Below, one piece after another: positions 13,025 to 25,774 of a stretch of 64,000 nucleotides of DNA. The stretch covers positions 42,176,841-42,240,840 of the forward strand of contig JARDVH010000073.1 of the NCBI GenBank assembly GCA_030324005.1. The letters run 5' to 3'. The DNA is from Negaprion brevirostris. Lineage: Eukaryota. Position 1 is the first letter of the stretch. Each line of letters opens with the position of its first letter. A program made the position numbers and the translations under genes. The notes beneath the pieces were generated by a model. That model worked only from the letters and a program-made list of their open reading frames with translations. It searched no databases and was not told the origin of the DNA.

Positions 13025-14065
13025 CACTGATTTTACCAAAAATTTGCGCACGAGAAATCGTGGTAAATTCAGGCGCGGGCCTGTAACGCGATCTGCACCC
13101 GAATCCAAGCAGATCACGCCTTTACTGATACCCGATTTGGGCGCAGATCCGTTCCGCACCCCAATCGGGCAGCCCGACGATTTAAATGCATTAGCGCGCC
13201 CAACTCCACTGCCAAACCCCATTTTACCATCTTTGGATCTGTTCTGGATCCGCGCTGTTAGCAACCTGCAGAATAAAAATCCAAAGCCGATTCCTATTCT
13301 GCAGGGGAACTTCCAAAGCCCATCCTCCTCGAACACCCTTCGCAGACCCGCCGCTAACCACCCCGGGGCAGACAACCACCCCCTCCCCCACATCAGACCC
13401 TCCTGGGAGGCAGGCCCCCCCTGACAGAACCCCCCCAGGGAGGTAGGCGAAACCCCCCCTCGGCAGAGCACACCCTATCTCGATCGCTGGTCTCCCTCCA
13501 CCATCCTTCTGATCTGCAGTCGTTGGACATCCTACCACACCTTCCTGGCCTTCCACTGGCATTCACCAGAGGAGTGGGGTGGGCTCAGATGGATCTCTGG
13601 TTGGCGGGGGGAAATGGTGGATATTCTCTCAAGTGCATCCCCCCCTCCCCCCATCATCCAGGATTAGGCTACTGAATTGGACGATCAGCCATGATGATGA
13701 CGAATGGCGGAGCAGGCTTGAAGGACCAAATGGAGGGGTCTGCCTCCCAGGCAGTCCGATCGTGGCTCATTTCCTGGGGGGGGGGGGGGGGGGGGGGGGG
13801 GGGGGNNNNGTGTTGACCCCAGTCCAACGTCGGCATCTCCACATATTGTCTTTCACGCCCGGGTGCGCTGTTTCAGATTTTTTTTCGGACTGCGCATGCG
13901 CAGTTCAGAGCTCCGATTGTTCTGGCAGTGCTAAGCCCGGCCCACCGTGCAGACTGGATCGGAGTCGGCAAAAAGCGCATGGCACACTGGAACGAGGAAT
14001 CCGGGCTTGGATCCGTAATACGCCCGGATCCTGCCCTTAGCCTCCGATTGTTAAAATCCAGGCCC
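13025..14065 (+). mobile_element. GC-rich MITE-like non-autonomous DNA transposon (possibly Harbinger-related), with internal poly-G/gap and PLE tail fragment at ~13810-13845
   Basis: Imperfect terminal inverted repeats ctgattttaccaa ... ttgttaaaatccaggccc followed by tta; no transposase recognised in overlapping ORFs. Confidence 0.65.
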
Positions 14066-14142
14066 TTAACCTCAAAAAAAAAATGAACAAAACCAAGCTA
14101 TTACACCATATTTCCTTGCCACACTTCAATTATACACCTCAT

Positions 14143-14277
14143 GGGCAGGATTTTCTAACCCCGCATGCCCCAAGGCCAGAAATTCCCATCTGAGATCAAC
14201 AGGCCTTTAAACAGCCCACCAAAATTTCTGTCCTTCCCGCTATGGTTCCTGTGGCAGGCAGGATGGAAAAATTCTGT
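14143..14277. mobile_element. Short MITE-like element
   Basis: Termini gggcaggattttc ... ggaaaaattctg are inverted repeats. Confidence 0.55.
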
Positions 14278-14284
14278 TTGGTAT

Positions 14285-15655
14285 GTTACATAGAAATATA
14301 GAAGATAGGAGCAGGAGGAGGCCATTTGGTCCTTTGAACCTGCTCCACCATTCATCATCATTACGGCTGATCGTCCAATTCAGTAGCTTAATCCTGCTTT
14401 CTTCTGATACCCTTTGGTCCCATTCACCCCAAGTGCCATATCTAGCCGCCTCTTGAATACATTCAATGTTTTGGCATCAACTACATCCTGTGGTAATGAA
14501 TTCCACAGGGTCATCACATTGTGTGAAGAAATGTCTCATCTCCATCCTAAACGGTCCACCCCAAATTCACAGACTGTGACCCCTGGTTCTGGTCTCGCTC
14601 ACCATCAGGAATATCCTCCCTGCATCTATCCTGTCTAGTCCTATTAGAATTTTAAGTGGCTATGAGATTACCCCCTCATTTGTCTGAACTCCAGCGAAAA
14701 CAATCCTAACCTAGTCATTCTCTCCTCATACATCAGTCCCGCCATCCCCAGAATCAGCCTGGTAAACCTTTGCTGCACTCCCTTGAGAGCAAGAACATCC
14801 TTCCTCAGAAAAGGAGACCGAAACTACACACAATGGGGGCAATTCTCCCAGAGTGCCCTGTAACTTTTCTGGCGGATTGGGCTGGGAGATGCAAATCGCT
14901 GCTTTTTTTCTGGGATTTATGCATGCGCCGAGGACAAATGCGCATCTCCCAGAGCTGGAGAACAGTTGGAGTCCAGAAAGTGCTGGAAACCGGCAGGAAG
15001 ACAGATAAGTTATTTGAAGCTTCTTGTTAATACAGTTTAAATATGTTTAGCACGCGGTTATCAGGAACTCGTCAGGCCCAACTGAATCTCCCACCCTTTC
15101 AGAAGTACTTAATTCTGGCGGGGTTCAGACTAGCTCCCCATGTTCAGGGAACTAGCGGGAGACCTCACTGGAATGAAGGAGGAGGGCAATCGGGGCCTCC
15201 CAGTACCAGCCTGGGCACCCAGCATTGCCCAAAGGGCAAAATGCCCATACCTAGGGACACCTTGGCACTGCCCATCGAGCAGTGCCAAGGGGGCAGGGCC
15301 TAGGGGTGATCGGCAGGGGTGGGGGGGTTCCCACTTCCACTCTGCATGGCGATCAGTCTGGGATGGAGGGAGGGCAGTGATTGGGGCGGGCCATCGCCAC
15401 TGCTGGGGGTGTGGGCTGGACATTGGGGTGCTCTGGGGCAGGAAGGAAGTCAGAACTGGCCAGGAATTGTTATGGGAGCCATGATTGAGGGCTGGAGAAT
15501 CTGTGCACGGGTGTCACAGTTCATCGTCCCACCCAACTTGGTATCCTCTGCAAACTTTGAGATGTTACATTTTCTTCCCTTGTCCAAATCATGAATATAT
15601 ATTGTGAATAGCTGGGGACCCAGCACCGATCCCTTGGCACCTCACTAGTTACTGC
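14285..15655 (-). mobile_element. CR1-type LINE 3' region (14285-14833, 15505-15655) interrupted by a GC-rich MITE-like piece (14835-15500)
   Basis: Reverse-complement CR1 tail catagaaatatagaagataggagcaggag...; insert begins ggggcaattctccc. Confidence 0.72.
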
Positions 15656-16533
15656 NNNNNNNNNNNNNNNNNNNNNNNNNNNNNNNNNNNNNNNNNNNNN
15701 NNNNNNNNNNNNNNNNNNNNNNNNNNNNNNNNNNNNNNNNNNNNNNNNNNNNNNNNNNNNNNNNNNNNNNNNNNNNNNNNNNNNNNNNNNNNNNNNNNNN
15801 NNNNNNNNNNNNNNNNNNNNNNNNNNNNNNNNNNNNNNNNNNNNNNNNNNNNNNNNNNNNNNNNNNNNNNNNNNNNNNNNNNNNNNNNNNNNNNNNNNNN
15901 NNNNNNNNNNNNNNNNNNNNNNNNNNNNNNNNNNNNNNNNNNNNNNNNNNNNNNNNNNNNNNNNNNNNNNNNNNNNNNNNNNNNNNNNNNNNNNNNNNNN
16001 NNNNNNNNNNNNNNNNNNNNNNNNNNNNNNNNNNNNNNNNNNNNNNNNNNNNNNNNNNNNNNNNNNNNNNNNNNNNNNNNNNNNNNNNNNNNNNNNNNNN
16101 NNNNNNNNNNNNNNNNNNNNNNNNNNNNNNNNNNNNNNNNNNNNNNNNNNNNNNNNNNNNNNNNNNNNNNNNNNNNNNNNNNNNNNNNNNNNNNNNNNNN
16201 NNNNNNNNNNNNNNNNNNNNNNNNNNNNNNNNNNNNNNNNNNNNNNNNNNNNNNNNNNNNNNNNNNNNNNNNNNNNNNNNNNNNNNNNNNNNNNNNNNNN
16301 NNNNNNNNNNNNNNNNNNNNNNNNNNNNNNNNNNNNNNNNNNNNNNNNNNNNNNNNNNNNNNNNNNNNNNNNNNNNNNNNNNNNNNNNNNNNNNNNNNNN
16401 NNNNNNNNNNNNNNNNNNNNNNNNNNNNNNNNNNNNNNNNNNNNNNNNNNNNNNNNNNNNNNNNNNNNNNNNNNNNNNNNNNNNNNNNNNNNNNNNNNNN
16501 NNNNNNNNNNNNNNNNNNNNNNNNNNNNNNNNN

Positions 16534-17200
16534 AATGGCGGGGCAGGCTCGAAGGGCTAGATGGCCTACTCCTGCTCCTATTTCTTATGTTCTTATGTTC
16601 TTATGTTAAGGTCATTTCCATTAGTGTTACTGTGCCAGCTTCTTTGAAAGATCTTTCCAATTAGTTCCACTCCATTTCTCTCTTTTCATAGTCTCACAGT
16701 TTGTTTCTTTACAAGTATATATTCAATTCCATTTTGAAAGTTACGACTATTCTAGTTCCAACATCCTTGCACGCAGTGCATTTCAGATCACCATCAACTC
16801 GTTACATTAAAACAAATTCCTCTCGTCACCTGTCTTGTTTTGCCAATTTGGTTAAATCTATATCTTCACTGCCAGTGGAGACAATTTCTCCCTATGTACT
16901 TTTATCAAAATCTTTCATAATTTTTAACACCTCTGTTAAATCCCCCATTAACTTTCTCTGCTCCAAAGAGAACAATCCCAGCTTCTGTAGGCTTTCCTCA
17001 TAACCAAAGTATCTCAGCCCAGTACTATTCTAGTAAATCTCCCTTCCCACAGTCTCAACATCCTTCTTAAAATACAGTATTCAGAAGTGTACACACTTCT
17101 CTAACCAAGGCCTAACTGGTAACTTATAAAGATATAGCATACTTTTCTTTTTGGACTTTATTGCTCTATTGATAAAGCCAAGAATTGCACATGTATTTTT
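16534..17200. mobile_element. Young CR1 tail (+, 16534-16607, with (ttcttatg)n) abutting an old CR1 3' fragment (-)
   Basis: aatggcggggcaggctcgaagggctagatggcctactcctgctcctatttcttatgttcttatgttcttatg; downstream reverse-complement CR1 3' sequence. Confidence 0.7.
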
Positions 17201-17296
17201 AACCACCTTATGAGATAAGTTAATATCAGAAGATTTATATACTTTGCATATTCATAAGAGTTGGCAATTATGCAGGGGAGAGAATTGAAATAGTAA

Positions 17297-17500
17297 TAAA
17301 AATAAAAGCAAAATACTGTGGATGCTGGAATCTGAAAACAAAAGAGGGAACACTGGGAAATCTTAGCAGGCCTGGCAACATCTGTAAGGAGAGAAAAGAG
17401 CTGACGTTTCGAGTCCTTTTGACAAAGGGTCATCTGGACTCGAAACATCAGCCCTCTTCTCTCCTTACAGGTGCTGCCAGACCTGCTCAGACTTTCCAAC
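17297..17500. mobile_element. Second PLE-type family, fold-back pLTR remnant
   Basis: Arms agcaggcctggcaacatctgtaaggagagaaaagagctgacgtttcgagtcc and ggactcgaaacatcagccctcttctctccttacaggtgctgccagacctgct are reverse complements; hammerhead-like tgacaaagggtcatctggactcgaaac; duplication tgaaatagtaa at 17286-17296 and 17501-17511. Confidence 0.68.
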
Positions 17501-19423
17501 TGAAATAGTAAANNNNNNNNNNNNNNNNNNNNNNNNNNNNNNNNNNNNNNNNNNNNNNNNNNNNNNNNNNNNNNNNNNNNNNNNNNNNNNNNNNNNNNNN
17601 NNNNNNNNNNNNGAAATAGTAAACTCACCCCATTGTTACAATTTCTCTACACAAGCAAATAATGTAGTTGTTTGGAGAACTTTATGCGTGCTCATTGAGG
17701 TTCTCTGAATGACAGTGATAATGGGACAAAGGGTTAACATTCATTGGGGACATCAAACCAACAAGACATTGGTCCACCATAATACAACCAGCTTTCAATG
17801 GAAGGGGTGATGAATGTGGTATGGGTCTAAGTGCTGATATCAACTACTCTTTCGTAGGTAAGACGGTCTTCATGTACCAGCCTAGACAGTAAAGCTTCAT
17901 CAGACAACTCAATTGTGAAGGGTGCCAAAGCTGAGTTTAATCCTGTGCTCTGCACCTTACAGTAGGTATTTCTGCTAAATATTGGGAATAGGAACTTCAC
18001 TCGTTTTTCCCTTCTCTGGCCCAGAACAGCCAACATTGCCTCAGCATTGGCCCAAACATGATCACCTAACTCAACACAGACAACGGGACATCCCGAGTCA
18101 TTTCTGCTGGAAATGGTAATTAATATCTATAGTCAATTTCAAATTCAGCACTGCACAAGGAAGTTTTGCTTTAAAATCAAGAATTTAAGACTGGGCAGTT
18201 GTATCATTGATTTACAATTTGCTGCTGGAAAAACAAAGTTGTTATTATATCTCAGATGATTTGAAGTTAATTTAGAGTACTTGAAGGGAATGCAGAAACA
18301 ATGAAGGGATAAGTCATAGTAATTAAATAAAAAGAGAATGAGCCTCTCATTGGAGAATTGTAGAGATGAAAAATTACTCAAATTATATTGTTCTTCTGTA
18401 TTTAAGTTCAGCAATTTCATTTTTTACATGCCTCTATACAACATGCTCCAACTGTATAACTGGTTGGACATAAGTCACTTGAGCTCAAACATCTCTTTCT
18501 GTCCATTCTCCGGGTGGAATTCTCCAAGACCTCACCAGTAGGTTGTGGGGATGGAGGAATATAGCGGTAAGGCCAGAAATCGATTTCATGCTGGCGTGAA
18601 CTTACAGGGGGATCAGTCATAGTGGATCAGGAAACACGCTGGAAGTCAGAGTGAAACTTATTTGCACCCCATTAATGGGATGCAGATGAAGGCCCAACAC
18701 CTGATCCTCTGCGGTGCCCAAGGGAAAACATGCTGATGTGAAACATGTTTGAAACAATGTGTCGTGCAGATGTCAGGACTCATCCGAGTGCCTGGGACTG
18801 TATCTGGAGTTTTGGATGGAGGCTGACGACATGCCCATGCTTCAGAACAGCACANNNNNNNNNNNNNNNNNNNNNNNNNNNNNNNNNNNNNNNNNNNNNN
18901 NNNNNNNNNNNNNNNNNNNNNNNNNNNNNNNNNNNNNNNNNNNNNNNNNNNNNNNNNNNNNNNNNNNNNNNNNNNNNNNNNNNNNNNNNNNNNNNNNNNN
19001 NNNNNNNNNNNNNNNNNNNNNNNNNNNNNNNNNNNNNNNNNNNNNNNNNNNNNNNNNNNNNNNNNNNNNNNNNNNNNNNNNNNNNNNNNNNNNNNNNNNN
19101 NNNNNNNNNNNNNNNNNNNNNNNNNNNNNNNNNNNNNNNNNNNNNNNNNNNNNNNNNNNNNNNNNNNNNNNNNNNNNNNNNNNNNNNNNNNNNNNNNNNN
19201 NNNNNNNNNNNNNNNNNNNNNNNNNNNNNNNNNNNNNNNNNNNNNNNNNNNNNNNNNNNNNNNNNNNNNNNNNNNNNNNNNNNNNNNNNNNNNNNNNNNN
19301 NNNNNNNNNNNNNNNNNNNNNNNNNNNNNNNNNNNNNNNNNNNNNNNNNNNNNNNNNNNAAATTTAAGACAGCGAGACAATTTAGGCACAATCTGTGCCT
19401 CTGAACCTTATTTACATACATAC

Positions 19424-19522
19424 CGGGTTACTTCTAATGGGATGATGAGCTGATCATAGTTCAAATGTTCCCTCAGTTCACTTAAGTAATTTACGTAAAT
19501 GACTTTCTTTCCAAATTTATGA
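19424..19522 (-). CDS. ARHGAP8: ARHGAP8 exon (99 nt): [33 protein letters not shown]
   Basis: Acceptor aattttctttcag|, donor ACCCG|gtatgt, phase 2-2; end of BCH domain. Confidence 0.95.
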
Positions 19523-19959
19523 CTGAAAGAAAATTGGACAATCAATTAGAAAATTTAAAATTGTGCCCTATTGGATTACAAATGAGTTCACCATCCTAAC
19601 ATTATAAATCAATATTATTTCCACTGGTCAACTCCATCAAGAATGCTTTTGGAGATAGGAATCATTTTATTCTAGCAAAATTTCTAATGATTTGGGCAAT
19701 TGTAGAAATTGGTACACGGTAGATCATGTGGGTTTCTCTGCTGATGGCGTTTCCCATTTGTATATATTTTATATACATGTCATTTCTGCCATTGGCAGCA
19801 TTTCAGTAAACTTGTTTGACAGATGCAGAAATTGTTCATGGTAGATACACGGTTTCATGATCTGCAAAAATAATAAAAAATGCAAACCATGCTCCCCCGA
19901 TGGCCCAGTGAATAACTCAGCTACAGGACAGGTAAACCAGCCAACTCTGAGCCAGCCAG

Positions 19960-22900
19960 CCTACTGCTGATCAACCGCCAGAAGTTACCCAGCAATTCAC
20001 AGCAGCTACTGTAATACAGGGGAGTAAAAGGAATGTAGTTGTAGTAGGAGACAGGATAGTTAAGGGGGTAGGTGTGTTCTCTGCAGCTGAGAGCATGCAT
20101 TCCAAAAGCTGTGTTGCCACAGTTAAGGATAGAACTATGGAGGGGAAGGATCTAGCTGTTATAGTCCACAGAGTAAGAAAGAGGTTCAACTGCAGGAGTA
20201 CGAGCAACTAGGGGCTAAATTAAAAAGTAGAACCACACAGGTACTAACCCTTGGAGTACCTGAGCCACAAGCAAATTGGTACAAGATAAATAAGAGTTGG
20301 TAGTGTGAGAGAAATGAGTTTTGATTCATGGGGGAGACTGACACCAGTACTGGGGAAAGAGGGAGCTGTACCACTGGGGTGGCTTTCACTTGAATCAGGA
20401 TACTGGTGAATCATAGGACTAGAGCTGTAGAGAGAGCTTTAAATTAAATAATGGAGAGAGGTTCACATGAGGGGAGATTTGGAAAGTACATGGTAATAGT
20501 GCAGGGCAACATTACAGGTAATGATAAACAGAGCATGACAGGAATGAACAGAATGTAAAACAATAGACAGCACCAGCAGACAAGGTTATATAGTAATTAA
20601 CAATAAAAGGACAGGATTAAAGGTTATTTATCTGAATGTAAATAGCACAGATAATAAGATGGACGAATTGATAACATAAGTAGACTCAAATTAGTATATG
20701 ATATGATTGCAACCACATCCTTGTAATGGCTAACTGACCATGGCTGGGACTTAAATACTTAAGGATATTTGACATACGAAGGATGGGAAGAAATGGAAAA
20801 TGAGGTTGGGGGAGGTTTGTTTAAACAAAGATGAGGATCAATGAGATATTGAGAAATGATCTTGGTTCAGAGGATCAGGATGTAGATTCAGATAAGAAAG
20901 AAGCTACTGGTGTTAGTAGTTGCTACACAGAAATAATGGAGGTTCATAAGAAAGCTACTGTAAGAATTGCGGGTGATTTTAATCTTCACATAGATTAGTG
21001 TTCAAACAGGAGATTGGGAATATTTTAGACAGCAGCCAAGAATGATAAAGAATAATAAAGAGGAAGGAATTGGAATACAAGCGAAAACTAGCAAGAAATA
21101 TAAAATGAACAGTAAAAACTGTTCATAAAGTATATAAAAAGAAAAAGAGTAGCTAAGTGAGTGTCCTAAATTGAGCAGCTAAAGATCATTTAGTTGGTGA
21201 GACTGGAGAATTAATGGGAAAAGAAGAAAAATCATAGGCTTTGTACGAGTCTTTTGTATCTGCCTCTAAAGTACAATAAGCAAAAAGCATGCCAGAAATT
21301 GTATAAAATCATCTCTTGATAAGGGAGGGAGGAACTTGAAACAATCACAGTCACAAGAGAAAAAGTGCTAGGAAAATCTGACAAGTCCCCTGGACCTAAC
21401 GGGTTGAATCCTAGTATCTTAAAAGAAGTGGCTGCATTAGTTGTAATCTTCCAAAATTCACTGGATTCCGGAAAAGTCCCTGCAGATTGGAAAACCATCT
21501 CATGACTGACATATGGAAAACATTAGGATCTATTATTAAGAAGGTAGTAGCAGCACATTTAGAAAATCATAATACAATCAAGCAGTCACGATAAAAGGAA
21601 AATTTTCAACTTGGCAAGCTGTAATAAGTGGAGTGCCATGGGGATCATTGCTGGGACTCAACTAGTCATGATCTATATTAATGAGTCCGATGAAGGGATG
21701 CACTATATCATAGCCAAATTTATGGGGGATGCAAAGAGGCTTCAAGGTGATTTAGACAAGTTGAGTGAGTAGGCAAACACATGGTAGATGCAGCACAAAG
21801 TGGCTAAATGTGAAATTATATACACAATGGAAGAGTATTATTTAAATGATGATATATTGGGAAGTGTGGATGTACATAGGGATCTGGGTGCCCTTGTGCA
21901 CCAGTCAATGAAAGAGGAGAGGCAGATATAGCAAGCAATTAGGAGGGCAAATAGTATGCTGGCCTTCATTGCAAGTGAATTTGAATTCAGAAGTAAGAAT
22001 GTCTTACTGCAGTTATAGAAGGCCTTGCTGAGAGCGTACCTGAAGAATTGCGTGCAGTTTTTTACTCAGAAAGGACTGAAGGAAATGCCAAACAATTACA
22101 GGCCAGTTAGACTTGTATCAGTGGTAGACAAATTAGTAGAATCAATCCTGAGAGATAGGATTAACTGTCATGTAGAAAGGCATGGACTTATCAGGAATAG
22201 TCAGGATGGATTTATTAAAGAAAGGTCTTGTCTCACAAACCTGATTGAATTCTTTGAACAAGTGACAAGAAAGATCGATGAAGGCAGTGTGGTGGATATT
22301 GTCTACATGGATTATAGCAATGTGTTTGACAAGGTCCCACAAGGAAGATTGTTCAAACAGTAAAAGCCCATGGGATACTGTGGCAAATTGGATCAAAAGT
22401 TGGCTGAGTAAAAGAAAACAAAGGGTAATCGTTGATGAATGCCCTTGCGAATGGAAAGTTGTTTCAAGTGATGTTCCACAGTGTTTGGTGTTGGGACCCT
22501 TGCTGTTTGTGTTGTATGTTAACGATCTGGATGTGAACATGGGGGGCAAGATTGAAAATCTGCAGATGACACAAAGACTGACCATATAGTGGGTAGTCTA
22601 GAGGATAACTATAATCTCCAAAATGGTATCGATGGGTTGATGGAGTTGGCGGTAAAGTGGCAGATGAATTTTAACATAAAGAAGTGTGAAGCACTTAGGA
22701 AGGTCAAACAGTAATAGGGAATGCACAATAAATGGGAATCTACTAAGAAGGTTGGATGAAATAAGAGCATACAAATACACTGGTCCATAAAAACAGCAAT
22801 TCAAGTAGACAAGTTGTAAAGAAGGCATATGGAATGCTCTCCTTCACTGGCAGAGGTATGGAATTTAAAAGTAAGGATATAATGTTGGAATTGTATAAAA

Positions 22901-23985
22901 CACTGGTGAGGCCACAACTGAAGTACTGATGCTGTTCTGATCACCAAATTACATAATTGCTCTGGAGAGAAAGTAGAGGAGGTTTACATTAATGTTGCCT
23001 AGGGTTAAAAAAATGTAGTTATGAGGAGAGATTGGATAGGTTGAGTTATTTTCCTTGGAACAAAGAAGGCTTGTTGACTAATTAGCCTTGGTGACTTCAT
23101 AGAGGTGTACAAAATTTTGATGGGAAGAGATAGAATGAACAGGATAAAATTGTTTCCCTTTGAGGAGGGGGGTGGAATTCTAAAATATGGGACACAGATT
23201 CAAGATAAGTGGTAGTAGGCGTTGAGGGAATGTGAGGAAGGCTTTTTTTTTACAAAAAGAGTGCTGGGTGTCCAGAATTCGCTGCTCGAGTTGGTGATGG
23301 AAGCAGAGACCCTAAACTCTTTCAGAAAGTATCTGGATCTGCATTTTAAATGCTGTAAACTACAGGATTACGGACTGCGTGCAGGAAGGTGGGATTAGAA
23401 AGGGCAGGCACCTTGATGGATTGGCATGGACAAGATGAGCCAAATGGTCTCTGTGCTGTAACTTTTCAATGGTTCTATGGATATACTTGCCATAGAGGGA
23501 ATGCAGTGGAAATTCACTAGACTGATATGGGGTTAGTGGGACTGTCCTATGAGGAGACATTGGTTTGACTGGGCCTATATTCACTAGAGTTTAGAAGAAT
23601 GAGAGGAGATCTGATTAAAACATGTAACATTTTAACAGGGTTGGATAAACAAAACGCAGGGAGGATGTTTTCCTTGGCTGGGGAATCTAGAACCAGAGGA
23701 CACAGTTTCAGAATACATGGTAGACCATATAGAACTGAGATGAGGGAAATTTTTTTCAGTCAAGGGTAGTGAACCTGTGAAACTCCCTACTAACAAGGCT
23801 GTGGAGGCCAATTCACCGAATGTATTCAGGAAAGGGACAAATAACTTAAATAGCATTCAGAGGAATGGGGAGAAAGCAGGAACACGGCATTGAGATTGCA
23901 GATCAACCATGATCATATTGAATGGTGGAGCAGGTTTGAAGGGTCAAATGGCCTATTCCTGCTTCTAATTTCCATGTTTCTATAA
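19960..23985 (+). mobile_element. Long decayed CR1 LINE (ORF1 esterase-like, endonuclease, RT, tail) with a nested second CR1 at ~22076-23478
   Basis: VVVVGDRIVKGV (SGNH-like ORF1) near 20035; YLN/GDFN endonuclease remnants; NYRPVRLVSVVDKLVESILRDRI...GFIKERSCLTNLIEFFE, VPQCLVLGPLLFVLYVNDLD; outer element resumes at ggatatacttgcc (~23479). Confidence 0.85.
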
Positions 23986-24227
23986 ACGTTGCAGTAGGCC
24001 CAATGGACTGAATGACCTACTCCTGTGCCTATTTCCTATGATCTAATGAAGTCAACTGATTACAACCAGTGATTAGTAGGCCACAGCCAGCCATCATCAG
24101 CAAGAGTCAGTCACCAAATGTTAGTCACTTATCACCAGGCAAAATCAGAAACCATCCATTCGTAATTAGCAGCCAGTTGGATAGCCAATACCATAAAAGC
24201 AACCTACAGCCAGCTACTAATTTTGAT

Positions 24228-24730
24228 TGCCGTGCTATAGGGAGGATGTTATTGAACTGGAAAGAGCGCAAAACAGATGTACAAGGATGTTACTGGGACT
24301 GGAAGGTTTGAATTATAAGGAGAGGCTGGGACTTCTTTCCCTGGAGCGTAAGAGAATGAGGAGTGGTCTTACAGAGGTTTATAAAATCATAGATAAGGTG
24401 AATGGCCAAGGTCTTCTCTCCAGGGTAAGGTGGTCCAAAATTAGAGGGCACAGGTTTAAGGTAAGAGAGGAAAGATTTAGAAGGGACCTGAGAGACAAAT
24501 TTTTCTACACAGAGGGTGATGCATTTATGGAATGAGTTGCCAGAGGAGGTGGTAGAGGTGGGTACAATTACAACATTTAAAAGACATTTGGATAGGTACA
24601 TGGATTGGAAAGATAGGGAGATATGGGCTAAACACAGGCAGATGGGACTAGTTCAGATTAGGAAACCTGGTCAGCATGGATGAGTTGGGCTGAAGGGCCT
24701 GTTTTCATGCTGTAATCTCTGTGACTCTAA
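24228..24730 (+). mobile_element. CR1-type LINE 3' end
   Basis: YREDVIELERAQNRCTRMLLGLEGLNYKERLGLLSLE...RGHRFKV; tail gggctgaagggcctgtttt...ctctgtgactcta. Confidence 0.85.
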
Positions 24731-25543
24731 GATTAATTCACAGCACCCACCAATCAGTTTAAAGCCAGTGACCAACAGAAAAGCAAGTACTCTGGTTTAC
24801 AAGAAGAGTAACACTGGACGAGAAACGAGACTGCAGAATTGAAAACAGAGTAGGAGAAAGATGGACAATAAAAATCAAGGTGGTGAGGTTTAGAGAGTGG
24901 GTAGACAGAAATAGAAATGCCAGTATTGGGAGTGAGAGCAACGACAGGAATGTGAAAACAACATGCCAAAATCAATAGGGGGTAGCAGAGGGAAGAACTG
25001 CAAGAATTGGGAGGGTGGAAAAAAGGAGACAAGAGTTTCCAAAGTCATGAATGGAGTAAAGGGAAGGAGCAGGATGGGAGAAAAAAGCTGAAAAATAAGT
25101 GTTAATAGAACTAGGAGTGGGAACGGTAGCTGTACTGGGGAGAAAACAAAAGACAGTCAAGCTTGTTGCTTTAGAAACTTTGTAATCAAGTAAGTATACA
25201 AGGCTTGTGATATTTCTCCTGTTACCATAATAACATTGGATTAATTCAAACTTATTTTCAAAGTCAAGCCATCATCAGCTTCTGGTTCTGGCAGAATTCA
25301 TTGCCTAATCTCATCATAAAAGTGGCTGAGGCAAGTATATGATGGTGCTGACAGCAGCCAGATAATTAATAGATTGGCTTCAAAAATCTAAAATGGGTCA
25401 ACACTCAACTACCTTCTTGGTGAAAATGGAAGGCATCGTCTCCGACAGCAATCTTTGGAGACATCCTAACCCTAAATGTCCCACTCTTCCATCTTTGATT
25501 TGTGCTCCCACAGTGTAATTAGAGGTCATTTCATAAAACATAC

Positions 25544-25630
25544 CTTATGAGTGGCTTGAAAATATTCCAAAGAACTCGGATGAAGTTTGTTGGGTGCACA
25601 ACATAAAGGGCTTTGAGATTTTTCTTGTAT
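25544..25630 (-). CDS. ARHGAP8: ARHGAP8 exon (87 nt): [29 protein letters not shown]
   Basis: Acceptor ttttcatttctctag|, donor ATAAG|gtatgt, phase 2-2; [16 protein letters not shown] signature. Confidence 0.95.
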
Positions 25631-25774
25631 CTAGAGAAATGAAAAACCAGTTTACAATGAAAGGAACTTAAAAAATATCAGACAACTTATCTTGTGGAAG
25701 TGTCAAATCAATATGTTAAACCTGACGTATCTGGAGACAAGAAACTCCCAGATTTAGTGAAAATCAAACATCAT

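Noticed and set aside
13776-13809. Long poly-G as a G-quadruplex element
   Set aside because: It abuts Ns and may be a sequencing artefact; true length unknown.
12768-14040. Overlapping 112-218 aa ORFs
   Set aside because: They lie in a GC-rich MITE-like repeat with a reverse-complement copy at 1-372; no domain recognised.
17501-17624. gaaatagtaaa repeated on both sides of a gap as a biological repeat
   Set aside because: Most likely unmerged overlapping contig ends around a 100-N gap.
18658-19421. Long ORFs of 200+ aa spanning N runs (also 49139-49520 and 52493-53134)
   Set aside because: Length comes from assembly gaps translated as X.
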